DNA of 36,027 nt, taken from NCBI GenBank assembly GCA_044346055.1, contig JBIIZX010000001.1, forward strand, positions 1 to 36,027, given 5' to 3'. The stretch's first letter is position 1; every line of letters starts with the position of its first letter. Shown here one piece after another: positions 8,427 through 16,102 of the stretch. The notes under the pieces are model-generated. The model saw only the letters and a program-made list of their open reading frames with translations, had not been told where the DNA came from and made no database searches. Made by a program: the position numbers and the translations under genes. The DNA is from Burkholderiaceae bacterium. GTDB lineage: Bacteria; Pseudomonadota; Gammaproteobacteria; Burkholderiales; Burkholderiaceae_F.

Positions 8427-8555
8427 CGCTTTGCTCCTGTGAGGTCGGGCAAATCCAAACGCTGAGCGGATGCTGCAGTCGACGCGAACAAATCTCACTC
8501 CGCAAGACGGATGACCCAAGCCGGCCCGGCGCCGGCTGCCACCCTGCCTGGATCG

Positions 8556-8728
8556 CCGTTTTGAGAGGGAAAACGGGGTGAAATGGGGGGTTCGGCCGGG
8601 AGCGACAAAAGCCACGCGGCAATACGTTTGCAGGCCGGAAAAACGACGTCGGGAGGCTCGTTTTCCCCCCTCAAAGGTCGCCGTGCAAAAAGCCCGGCGG
8701 GCAACTTGCCCCGCCGTAGAGGGTTTTT
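8556..8728 (+). other. Candidate structured RNA / leader (unclassified)
   Basis: Long-range stem 8561-8575 (ttgagagggaaaacg) pairs with 8659-8674 (cgttttcccccctcaa). A competing local hairpin is 8556-8562 / 8570-8576. A GC hairpin at 8695-8716 is flanked by A5 (8687-8691) and T5 (8724-8728). The strand is not resolved. Confidence 0.25.
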
Positions 8729-8833
8729 GACGCTCCGGCAGGCAGCTTCCAGGCTTGGGCGACGCGATGGCGCCCAAACGCATCGACATTTGGACCGATG
8801 GGCCGCGGCGCGCGGCTGCGATAGTGTCGGCAC

Positions 8834-10585
8834 ATGTCACTCGACACGCCGCCCCACACCGCCACCGCCGACGCAGACGCAGACGGAGAGCGCAATGCGC
8901 TCGATGCGCTGCCGCCGCCTGCGCTCGAGCCCTTTTGCCTGGCCCATCCAGAGGCCACGTTGATCCCTGCCGAGCGGCTGGGATCGGAGGGGCTCGACCT
9001 GTCCTATGCCAGCACGCTGCTTGCGGCGGGCCGCCTGAACGCCGCGCAACTGAAGGTGCTGTCCGAAGGCTTTGCGCTTTACTGGGCCCGCTGCAACGTG
9101 CTCTTTGCGCGCGCGCCCGGCGGCTGGTTTGCGCCGCGCCGTACCAATTTGCTGGTGGTCGACGACGGTGCACCCGTGGTGCCTTACTTTGAGCCGTTTG
9201 CCGGCACCTCGGCGCAGCTGTGGCGCTCGGATCTCGACACCAACGCCGAGTTCGTGGCTTACCTGCTGCTGCACATGGAGCGCCAGTCGCTGCTGCGCCA
9301 GGTGCGCCCGACCCTGGTGCTCAATCTCAGCTACTGGCTGCTGCGCAGCGACGCCGAGCTGGCAGCATTCAGCGCTGGCGCCGCAGCGGCCCGCCGTCCC
9401 GATGCCGCGGCCTACGTGCACCTGTCGCAGGCGCACGCATGGCTCAAGCAGTCATTCCACCCGGCACTCAAGCAGCCGACCGCTGCGCTCGACGAGCCCT
9501 ACCTGGAAGTGAGCGGCGCCAATCTCTATGTGCCCAAGCGCTGCCAGGGTGAACTGGTGGCGCTGTGCGAACAGTTTGAGCGCGCCGTGCACGCAACGCT
9601 TCAGGTGCACGCAGTGGCTACTGCGGAACCGCAGGCTGCGGCGCTCGATGCGCTGTGCAATTGGCTGGAGCAAGCGCAGGCGCATCTGGTGATCGTGGCG
9701 CAGGACGGGCGCACGCTGTGGGCGCCCGATAGCCGCGACGCCAGCGCCGTGCGCCGTGCACTGGCCGACGTCGCCGCGCCCGCATTGCGCAGCCTGAACG
9801 CCGACTTTCAGGTGGTGCACGAGCGCACCCGGCGCTTTTTCGACGCGCTGCTCGAGCCAGCATCGCTGCCGACCTCCTGCGCGGTGCTGGAGACCGGCGG
9901 TGGTGCCTATGTCGATGCCGAGCGACGCGCCGTGGTCTATGAGCTGAAGCAGCCTGGCTTCAACGCGCTGCAGGTGCCTGCGCCGCCCTATCACCGCCTG
10001 CTGCTTGGCGCACGCGTGATGCACGAGTGGGGCCATCTGGCCCATGCAGGCAAGATCATTTACGTGCCGGCGGCCCGCCAGGCCGAGATCCAGCAGGCAC
10101 GCGCAACGTTGGGCGAGCAGTTCCTGCGCGTGCTCGGCAATGTGCCGGAGCGCATGCGCGACGAGGTCGAGCGCGCGCTGCGCGAGATCAGCCGCGCCCC
10201 GGCCGAGCGCCCGCGCCTGTTGGCTCGCAAGACCATGGCGCGGGTGGGCGATTACCTGGCCAACCTGATGAGTTCGCGCCTGCTACCACCCGCGGAGATG
10301 CAGGCCTATGTGCGCACCAACGTGCGCCATCACTTTGACGAGAACCTGGACTTGGTGAGCGACCTGGCGCGCTACGCCTACGAGGTGCACTACCTCGCCC
10401 TGGCCGGCATGGACCGCAGCTACTTCTACGACACCTCGCGCTTTGGCGCGTACTTCATCAACACCGGCATCGTCAGCCGCGCCGATGCCGACGCGTTGTT
10501 CGACGCCGCAGGGCGGGTGCTGGCGTGTTGGGAGATCGATCAGTCAAAGATGCGGATTCAGGATTCGGGATTCGGGATTCAGTGA
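8834..10585 (+). CDS. Hypothetical protein with HExxH (HEWGHLAH) zincin-like motif
   Basis: The 583-aa ORF has a single metal-binding-type motif, LLGARVMHEWGHLAHAG. No family recognised. No clear Shine-Dalgarno at 8834, so the start is uncertain. The last ~10 codons are encoded by the heptamer array. Confidence 0.55.
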   Translation: MSLDTPPHTATADADADGERNALDALPPPALEPFCLAHPEATLIPAERLGSEGLDLSYASTLLAAGRLNAAQLKVLSEGFALYWARCNVLFARAPGGWFAPRRTNLLVVDDGAPVVPYFEPFAGTSAQLWRSDLDTNAEFVAYLLLHMERQSLLRQVRPTLVLNLSYWLLRSDAELAAFSAGAAAARRPDAAAYVHLSQAHAWLKQSFHPALKQPTAALDEPYLEVSGANLYVPKRCQGELVALCEQFERAVHATLQVHAVATAEPQAAALDALCNWLEQAQAHLVIVAQDGRTLWAPDSRDASAVRRALADVAAPALRSLNADFQVVHERTRRFFDALLEPASLPTSCAVLETGGGAYVDAERRAVVYELKQPGFNALQVPAPPYHRLLLGARVMHEWGHLAHAGKIIYVPAARQAEIQQARATLGEQFLRVLGNVPERMRDEVERALREISRAPAERPRLLARKTMARVGDYLANLMSSRLLPPAEMQAYVRTNVRHHFDENLDLVSDLARYAYEVHYLALAGMDRSYFYDTSRFGAYFINTGIVSRADADALFDAAGRVLACWEIDQSKMRIQDSGFGIQ

Positions 10586-10638
10586 AGGCGGCTGCGGCCC
10601 CGCTTTTCCCGGAATCCAGAATCCAGACTCCCGAATCC
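10554..10638. repeat. Inverted heptamer arrays (GGATTCR x4 / YNRAATCC-type x4) forming a long imperfect hairpin
   Basis: Left arm 10554-10581 reads ggattca ggattcg ggattcg ggattca. Right arm 10611-10638 reads ggaatcc agaatcc agactcc cgaatcc. About 23 of 28 positions are complementary by hand. It lies between convergent stops at 10585 and 10644. Confidence 0.85.
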
Positions 10639-10643
10639 CAGCC

Positions 10644-12071
10644 CTACTCCACCGCCTTGACCATGTCCTCGACGACCTTCTTGGCGTCGCCGAAGACCAT
10701 CATCGTCTTGTCCATGTAGAACAGATCGTTGTCGAGTCCCGCATAGCCCGCGGCCATCGAGCGCTTGTTGACGATGACCTGACGCGCCTTGTAGGCCTCG
10801 AGAATCGGCATGCCGGCGATCGGGCTCTTGGGGTCCTTGGCGGCCGGGTTCACCACGTCGTTGGCGCCGAGCACGAGCACGACATCGGTATCGGAAAAGT
10901 CCGGGTTGATGTCTTCCATCTCGAACACCTGGTCGTACGGCACCTCAGCCTCGGCCAGCAGCACGTTCATGTGGCCCGGCATGCGGCCGGCCACCGGGTG
11001 AATCGCGTAGCGGACGTTGATGCCTTTTTTCTTCAGCTTGTCGGCCAGTTCTTTCAGCGGATGCTGCGCGCGCGCCACCGCCAGTCCGTAGCCCGGCACG
11101 ATGATCACGCTATCGGCATTGCCGAGCAGAAAACCGGCGTCCTCGGCCGAGCCGCTTTTCACCGGCCGCTGCGTGCCGTCCCCGGCTGCCGCCTGCCCCG
11201 CCTCCTGGCCAAAGCCACCCAGGATCACGTTGATGAACGAGCGGTTCATCGCCTTGCACATGATGTAGCTGAGGATGGCACCCGACGAGCCCACCAGCGA
11301 GCCCGCGATGATCAGCATCGGGTTGTTGAGCGAAAAGCCGATGCCAGCGGCCGCCCATCCCGAGTAACTGTTGAGCATCGACACCACCACCGGCATGTCA
11401 GCACCGCCAATCGGGATGATGATCAGCACTCCGAGCACAAAGGCCAGTGCCAGCATCAGCCAGAACGGCAGCCAGTCCAGCGTTGCGACAAACCACAGAC
11501 CGGCCAGGATCATCGCGATGCCCAGTGCCAGGTTGAGCATGTGCTGGCCCGCAAACACCACGGGCGCGCCCTGGAACAGGCGGAACTTGTACTTGCCCGA
11601 GAGCTTGCCAAAGGCGATCACCGAGCCCGAGAACGTGATGGCGCCGACAAACGCGCCGATAAAGAGCTCGATGCGGTTACCCACCGGCAGCTTGCCGCCC
11701 TTTGCAACGATATTGAAGGCCCAGGGCTCGGCCACACACGCAATGGCGATGAACACTGCCGCCAAGCCGATCATGCTGTGCATGAAGGCGACCATCTCGG
11801 GCATCTTGGTCATCGGCACGCGGTTGGCCATGATGGTGCCGGCCGTGCCGCCGATCACCAGGCCGAGCAGCACCCAGCCCATGCCCACGGTGGCAACCTG
11901 CGGCGCGAGCTTGTAGATGAGCGCCACCGTGGTCACGACGGCGATCGCCATGCCGATCATCCCGAAGGCATTGCCCAGCCGCGAGGTGGTCGGATGCGAC
12001 AGGCCCTTGAGCGCCTGGATGAAGCAGACGCTGGCAACCAGATAAAGGAGGACGACGAGGTTGAGGCTCAT
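10644..12071 (-). CDS. pntB: NAD(P) transhydrogenase subunit beta
   Basis: Start at the internal ATG at 12071 (MSLNLVVLLYLVASVCFIQALKGLSHPTTSR...), 475 aa. The C-terminal dIII motifs are present (VPGYGLAVARAQH, AIHPVAGRMPGHMNVLLAEA, VLGANDVVNPAA). The longer track ORF reads through REP elements. Confidence 0.95.
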   Translation of the reverse strand: MSLNLVVLLYLVASVCFIQALKGLSHPTTSRLGNAFGMIGMAIAVVTTVALIYKLAPQVATVGMGWVLLGLVIGGTAGTIMANRVPMTKMPEMVAFMHSMIGLAAVFIAIACVAEPWAFNIVAKGGKLPVGNRIELFIGAFVGAITFSGSVIAFGKLSGKYKFRLFQGAPVVFAGQHMLNLALGIAMILAGLWFVATLDWLPFWLMLALAFVLGVLIIIPIGGADMPVVVSMLNSYSGWAAAGIGFSLNNPMLIIAGSLVGSSGAILSYIMCKAMNRSFINVILGGFGQEAGQAAAGDGTQRPVKSGSAEDAGFLLGNADSVIIVPGYGLAVARAQHPLKELADKLKKKGINVRYAIHPVAGRMPGHMNVLLAEAEVPYDQVFEMEDINPDFSDTDVVLVLGANDVVNPAAKDPKSPIAGMPILEAYKARQVIVNKRSMAAGYAGLDNDLFYMDKTMMVFGDAKKVVEDMVKAVE

Positions 12072-12083
12072 GTCGCGGCCCTC

Positions 12084-12276
12084 GTCGTTCTCGCGCAGGC
12101 GGGGACCCAGTGACTTACAAGCCAGGTACAAAGCCAGCAACGACGCTGGGTCCCCGCCTGCGCGGGGACGACACCAATGGTGCTCATCACGCCTGACGCG
12201 GGTGTCATTCCCGCGCAAGCGGGAATCCACTTCGTCGCACCGCCCAAGGAGGTTCCCGTGTGCGCGGGAACGACAC
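12084..12276. repeat. Cluster of four REP/BIME-like palindromic elements (two inverted pairs)
   Basis: Copies at 12084-12110 (reverse), 12146-12174 (ctgggtccccgcctgcgcggggacgacac), 12202-12230 (reverse; attcccgcgcaagcgggaat) and 12251-12276 (ggttcccgtgtgcgcgggaacgacac). They fill the pntAB-pntB spacer. Confidence 0.85.
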
Positions 12277-12288
12277 AGCGCTGATTCA

Positions 12289-12594
12289 TCACGCCCCCTC
12301 CTTCTTTTCTTTCTTCTTGAACATTTCCAGCATTCGCCGCGTCACCAGAAACCCGCCGAACACGTTCACCGCGGCCAGCGCCACCGCGGCCACCCCCATG
12401 AACTTGCCAAGTGGCGTCTCGGTCAGCGCCGCAGCGAGCATGGCACCGACGATCACGATCGCCGAGATCGCATTGGTCACGCTCATGAGCGGCGTGTGCA
12501 GCGCCGGCGTGACGTTCCACACCACGTGGTAGCCAACGTAAATCGCCAGCACGAAGATGATGAGATTGATGACGATGGGGCTGAGGGCTTCCAT
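12289..12594 (-). CDS. NAD(P) transhydrogenase subunit alpha part 2 (membrane dII segment)
   Basis: Start at the ATG at 12594 (MEALSPIVINLIIFVLAIYVGYHVVWNVTPALHTPLMSVTNAIS...), 101 aa with three TM helices, as in PntAB of split three-gene pnt operons. The GGAG Shine-Dalgarno is the complement of 12600-12603. Confidence 0.9.
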   Translation of the reverse strand: MEALSPIVINLIIFVLAIYVGYHVVWNVTPALHTPLMSVTNAISAIVIVGAMLAAALTETPLGKFMGVAAVALAAVNVFGGFLVTRRMLEMFKKKEKKEGA

Positions 12595-12603
12595 AAGGGC
12601 TCC

Positions 12604-12678
12604 GTGATCCGCGAGCCGTGATCCGTGATCCGATCGTCCGCGCCAGGCACGGATCACGGATCACCGATCACGGATCAC
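12604..12678. repeat. Inverted heptamer arrays (CGTGATC-type / GATCACG-type) forming a hairpin
   Basis: Left arm 12604-12632 matches the reverse complement of right arm 12650-12678 at 26 of 29 positions (hand alignment). The loop is 12633-12649. The right arm contains the pntAA stop (12675-12677), and the left arm abuts the pntAB Shine-Dalgarno. Confidence 0.9.
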
Positions 12679-13790
12679 TTCTTCCTGATCTCGCCGTCCT
12701 TGCACAACAGGCAGGCGGCGACGATGTCGTCTTCGAGGTTGACGGTGAACTGGCCTTCCTTGTCGAAAACGAGCTTGAGAAAGTCCAGCAAGTTGCGGGC
12801 GTACAGCGACGAGCTGTCGGTGGCCACGGTGGCCGGGAGGTTCGGCTGGCCGATGATGTAGACGCCGTGCTTGACCACGGTTTTGCCCAGCTCAGAGACC
12901 GCGCAGTTGCCACCCTGCTCCACCGCCATGTCGAGGATCACCGAGCCCGGCTTCATGCTCTGGACCATCTCCTCGGTCACAAGGATCGGCGCCTTGCGGC
13001 CCGGAATCAGCGCGGTGGTGATCACGATGTCGGCAGCCGCAATGCGCTTGGCCACTTCGGCGGCCTGCCGCTTCATCCAGGCCTCGGGCATCGGGCGCGC
13101 GTAGCCGCCCACGCCCTTGGCGATCTCGCGCTCTTCATCGGTCTCAAACGGCACGTCGATGAACTTCGCCCCGAGCGACTCGATCTGCTCCTTGACCGCG
13201 GGGCGCACGTCGCTGGCCTCGATCACCGCGCCCAGGCGCTTGGCCGTGGCAATGGCCTGCAGGCCCGCGACGCCGGCCCCCAGGATGACCACGCGCGCGG
13301 CCTTCAGCGTGCCCGCGGCCGTCATCATCATGGGCATCAGGCGCGGATAGGTGGCAGCGGCCAGCAGCACCGCCTTGTAGCCGGCGATATTGGCCTGCGA
13401 ACTCAGCACGTCCATGCTTTGCGCGCGCGTGGTGCGCGGCGCGGCTTCCAGCGCAAAGGCGGTGAGGCCTGCGCCGTTCAGAGCGGCAATGCCCTCGGCG
13501 TTGAATGGCTCGAGCATGCCGACCACGACGGTACCGCGCTTCATCAGCCCGAGTTCATCGGCAGAGGGCGCGCGCACCTTGAGCACCATCTCGGCGCTGA
13601 ATGCGGCGCGCGCATCGACGACCGTGGCACCAGCCGCCGAGTAGGCGGCGTCCGTCTGCGCAGCATTGACTCCCGCGCCCGCCTGCACCACCACCTCGTG
13701 CTTTGCGGCCACCAGCTTCTTGACAGTCTCGGCGGTGGCGGCAACGCGCGTTTCACCTGGCCGCGTCTCCAGCGGCACTCCGATACGCAT
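12675..13790 (-). CDS. pntA: NAD(P) transhydrogenase subunit alpha part 1 (dI, NAD(H)-binding)
   Basis: The 371-aa product MRIGVPLETRPGETRVAATAETVKKL... has an alanine-dehydrogenase/PNT fold with the Rossmann motif VVILGAGVAGLQAIATAKRLGA. Confidence 0.95.
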   Translation of the reverse strand: MRIGVPLETRPGETRVAATAETVKKLVAAKHEVVVQAGAGVNAAQTDAAYSAAGATVVDARAAFSAEMVLKVRAPSADELGLMKRGTVVVGMLEPFNAEGIAALNGAGLTAFALEAAPRTTRAQSMDVLSSQANIAGYKAVLLAAATYPRLMPMMMTAAGTLKAARVVILGAGVAGLQAIATAKRLGAVIEASDVRPAVKEQIESLGAKFIDVPFETDEEREIAKGVGGYARPMPEAWMKRQAAEVAKRIAAADIVITTALIPGRKAPILVTEEMVQSMKPGSVILDMAVEQGGNCAVSELGKTVVKHGVYIIGQPNLPATVATDSSSLYARNLLDFLKLVFDKEGQFTVNLEDDIVAACLLCKDGEIRKK

Positions 13791-13958
13791 GGTCTTCTCC
13801 GGCTCGTTTGTTCTGGGTGTTGCCTGGGTCTCGGCTGGCTGCGCCGACGCGGTCCGAATGCAGCGGGACCCCCTCGGTAAACTCGCAGTAGCTTACACGG
13901 GGCTCTTGTCGCGCCCTGCTCTTGCAGCCGTGCGCGCAAGCACTTTGCTCGGTGTGCG

Positions 13959-14561
13959 ATGCCCTCCTTTGCCATGAACCTAACGTCGACCCCCGCCCCC
14001 GCCCGCTTCCGCCCATCCGTCACGGTTGCGGCCGTGATCGAGCGCGATGGCCGCTTTCTGCTCGTGCAGGAAGAGACAGCCGACGGCGTGCGACTGAACC
14101 AGCCGGCCGGCCATCTTGATCCCGACGAAAGCCTGCCGGCGGCCTGCGCCCGCGAAGTGCTCGAAGAAACCGCGTACACCTTCACGCCCACCGCATTGTT
14201 GGGCGCCTACCTCGCGCGTTACCAGCCGCAAGCGAGCGGCGAGGCGGTCACCTACCTGCGCTTTGCCTTCACGGGCGAGCTGGGCGCGCACGACACCGGC
14301 CGCGCGCTGGACGAGGGCATCCTCGGCACGCTCTGGCTCACGCGCGAAGAGATCGCCGACCGTGCCGCCGAGCACCGCACGCCGTTGCTCATGCAGTGCA
14401 TTGATGACTACCTGGGCGGCAGGCGTTTTCCACTCGAACTGCTGTACGGACATGAGAGCGTGCTCGGGCTCGGACGCGTGCCCTCGACTGTGCAGACCAA
14501 TTGGGCCCCGGCCCCGGATCAAGTCCGGGGCAAGCTCTGCGCCGGGGCGACGGGCAGATGA
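13959..14561 (+). CDS. NUDIX hydrolase
   Basis: Nudix box GHLDPDESLPAACAREVLEETAY. An alternative start is the ATG at 13974. The last 21 codons lie inside the palindromic element at 14499-14604. Confidence 0.85.
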   Translation: MPSFAMNLTSTPAPARFRPSVTVAAVIERDGRFLLVQEETADGVRLNQPAGHLDPDESLPAACAREVLEETAYTFTPTALLGAYLARYQPQASGEAVTYLRFAFTGELGAHDTGRALDEGILGTLWLTREEIADRAAEHRTPLLMQCIDDYLGGRRFPLELLYGHESVLGLGRVPSTVQTNWAPAPDQVRGKLCAGATGR

Positions 14562-14604
14562 CTCATCCCTCCGCCGTCGCCCCGGCGCAGGCCGGGGCCC
14601 AATT
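14499..14604. repeat. Nested palindromic element (outer 15-bp stem enclosing two hairpins)
   Basis: Outer stem aattgggccccggcc (14499-14513) pairs with ggccggggcccaatt (14590-14604), perfect. Inner stem gcgccggggcgacgg (14539-14553) pairs with ccgtcgccccggcgc (14574-14588), perfect. A small hairpin is ccccgga/tccgggg (14512-14530). Confidence 0.9.
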
Positions 14605-14649
14605 TTCCTTCTCTCCAGCCGAACGCCTTGCCAGTGAGGAGACCGCGCC

Positions 14650-15783
14650 ATGAGCAAGGGACGCGTCGTCGTTGGCTTGTCCGGCGGAGTCGACTCCGCG
14701 GTCTCGGCCTGGCTGCTCAAGCAGCAGGGCTACGAGGTCGTTGGACTGTTCATGAAGAACTGGGAAGACGACGACCGCAGTGAAGACGGCGTGGAGTACT
14801 GCTCGACGCGGCAGGACTGGCTCGATGCCGCCGCCGTGGCGGATGTGATCGGCATCGACATCGAGGCGGTGAACTTCGCCGCCGAGTACAAGGACCGCGT
14901 GTTTACCGACTTTTTGCGCGAGTACTCCGCCGGCCGCACGCCCAACCCCGACGTGCTGTGCAACGCCGAGATCAAGTTCAAGGCGTTTCTCGACCACGCG
15001 ATGACCCTCGGCGCCGAGCGCATTGCCACCGGGCACTACGCGCGAGTGCGCCAGAGCGCAGACGACGTCCAGCTCCTGCGCGGCCTCGATCCCGCCAAAG
15101 ACCAGAGCTACTTCCTGCACCGCCTGACGCAGGCGCAATTGGCCAAGACGCTGTTCCCGGTCGGTGAGCTCAGGAAGACCGAGGTCCGCCGCATCGCCGC
15201 CGAGATCGGCCTTCCGAACGCGAAGAAGAAGGACTCAACCGGCATCTGCTTCATCGGCGAGCGCCCGTTCCGCGAGTTTCTCAACCGCTACCTGCCAATG
15301 CAGCCCGGCCCCATCAAGGACGAGCACGACCGCGTGATCGGCGAGCACGTGGGCCTGAGCTTCTACACACTCGGCCAGCGCAAGGGCATCGGCATCGGCG
15401 GCAGCAAGGACGGCTCAGGCGAGGCCTGGTTCGTCGCGCGCAAGGACATGGCCAGCAACACGCTGTGGGTGGTGCAGGGCCACGACCATCCGTGGCTGCT
15501 GGCGGACCAGCTCGCCGCGCAGGACGCCACCTGGGTCAGGGGCCGCGCGCCGCTGCCGGGCACGCGATGCACCGCCAAGACCCGCTATCGCCAGACCGAT
15601 GCGGTGTGCGAGGTGACCGCCGCAACCCCAAGTGGCCTGGCGCTGCGCTTCGACACGCCGCAATGGGCCGCCACGCCGGGGCAGTCGGCGGTGCTGTACG
15701 ACGGCGATGTGTGCCTCGGGGGTGGGGTGATTGCCAGCACGGTGGGACTGAAGTCTGGGGCAGTCGCGCGAGTCGCTGGCTGA
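14650..15783 (+). CDS. mnmA: tRNA 2-thiouridine(34) synthase
   Basis: [42 protein letters not shown] contains the PP-loop SGGVDS. The conserved CNAEIKF and [11 protein letters not shown] motifs are present. A GAGGAG Shine-Dalgarno lies upstream. Confidence 0.95.
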   Translation: MSKGRVVVGLSGGVDSAVSAWLLKQQGYEVVGLFMKNWEDDDRSEDGVEYCSTRQDWLDAAAVADVIGIDIEAVNFAAEYKDRVFTDFLREYSAGRTPNPDVLCNAEIKFKAFLDHAMTLGAERIATGHYARVRQSADDVQLLRGLDPAKDQSYFLHRLTQAQLAKTLFPVGELRKTEVRRIAAEIGLPNAKKKDSTGICFIGERPFREFLNRYLPMQPGPIKDEHDRVIGEHVGLSFYTLGQRKGIGIGGSKDGSGEAWFVARKDMASNTLWVVQGHDHPWLLADQLAAQDATWVRGRAPLPGTRCTAKTRYRQTDAVCEVTAATPSGLALRFDTPQWAATPGQSAVLYDGDVCLGGGVIASTVGLKSGAVARVAG

Positions 15784-15811
15784 GTGTCGGGGCAACGGCA
15801 GGAGGCGAGCG

Positions 15812-16008
15812 TCGTTGACCACATTTGCAAGACCGCGGGAACGACGGCGCTCTGCAATGTTTGCAAGACACTGGATTCCCGCCTGCACGGGAACGACGAC
15901 CAATTCGCAGTCCCAACGCGCGTTATGTCATCCCCGCGAAGGCGGGGATCCAGCGACGTTGACCGCACCTGCAAGACCCTGGGTTCCCGCCTGCGCGGGC
16001 GCGACGAA
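15812..16008. repeat. Cluster of four copies (one truncated, one inverted) of a ~50-bp REP-like unit
   Basis: The unit is roughly CGTTGACCNCANNTGCAAGACNCTGGNTTCCCGCCTGCGCGGGAACGACG. Copies at 15812-15845 (truncated), 15853-15900, 15927-15953 (reverse core, gtcatccccgcgaaggcggggatccag) and 15957-16008. The core palindrome is the same as at 12084-12276. Confidence 0.85.
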
Positions 16009-16102
16009 CCCGCCTAACTGAACGGGATTGAAACTAGTCCGGCGAGGTGAATGCAGCGGCGCCTAACAAGCCGCAAGCAGGCGCAAACAAGCGCTGCCTT
16101 CG

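Noticed and set aside
4770-8465. Two very long plus-strand ORFs (4770..6230, 486 aa; 6255..8465, 736 aa)
   Set aside because: They lie antisense to the DUF1501-like and lipoprotein genes. The translations are R/A/G/H-rich and low in complexity with no recognisable motifs. They are typical shadow ORFs of high-GC DNA, whereas the minus-strand products carry family motifs, a Shine-Dalgarno, signal peptides and a terminator.
8427-9173. 919-aa version of the lipoprotein ORF (6414..9173)
   Set aside because: The first ~250 residues are R/A-rich with no protein character and would overlap the divergent 583-aa gene. The internal ATG at 8426 has an AGGAG Shine-Dalgarno and starts a textbook lipoprotein signal peptide.
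12072-12230. N-terminal extension of pntB (528-aa version) and of pntAB (122-aa version, to 12657)
   Set aside because: The extensions are translations of REP palindromes and heptamer arrays (…DSRLRGND…, …IRAWRGRSDHGSRLADHG…). Canonical PntB and PntAB N-termini begin at the internal ATGs 12071 and 12594, each with its own Shine-Dalgarno.
654-12678. Heptamer arrays considered as CRISPR-like or minisatellite-coding repeats
   Set aside because: The unit is 7 bp with no spacers, and each array spans under 90 bp. No cas genes are present. They behave as inverted arms of hairpins, not CRISPR arrays.
10443-13880. Plus-strand ORFs 10443..12113 (556 aa) and 12618..13880 (420 aa)
   Set aside because: They lie antisense to pntB and pntAA, whose products are unmistakable. 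The plus-strand translations are H/R/D/G-rich nonsense.
15784-16021. Small ORFs 15784..16017 and 15815..16021
   Set aside because: They are composed entirely of translated REP-like repeats (…SRLHGNDD…, …IPACTGTT…), with no Shine-Dalgarno or protein-like composition.
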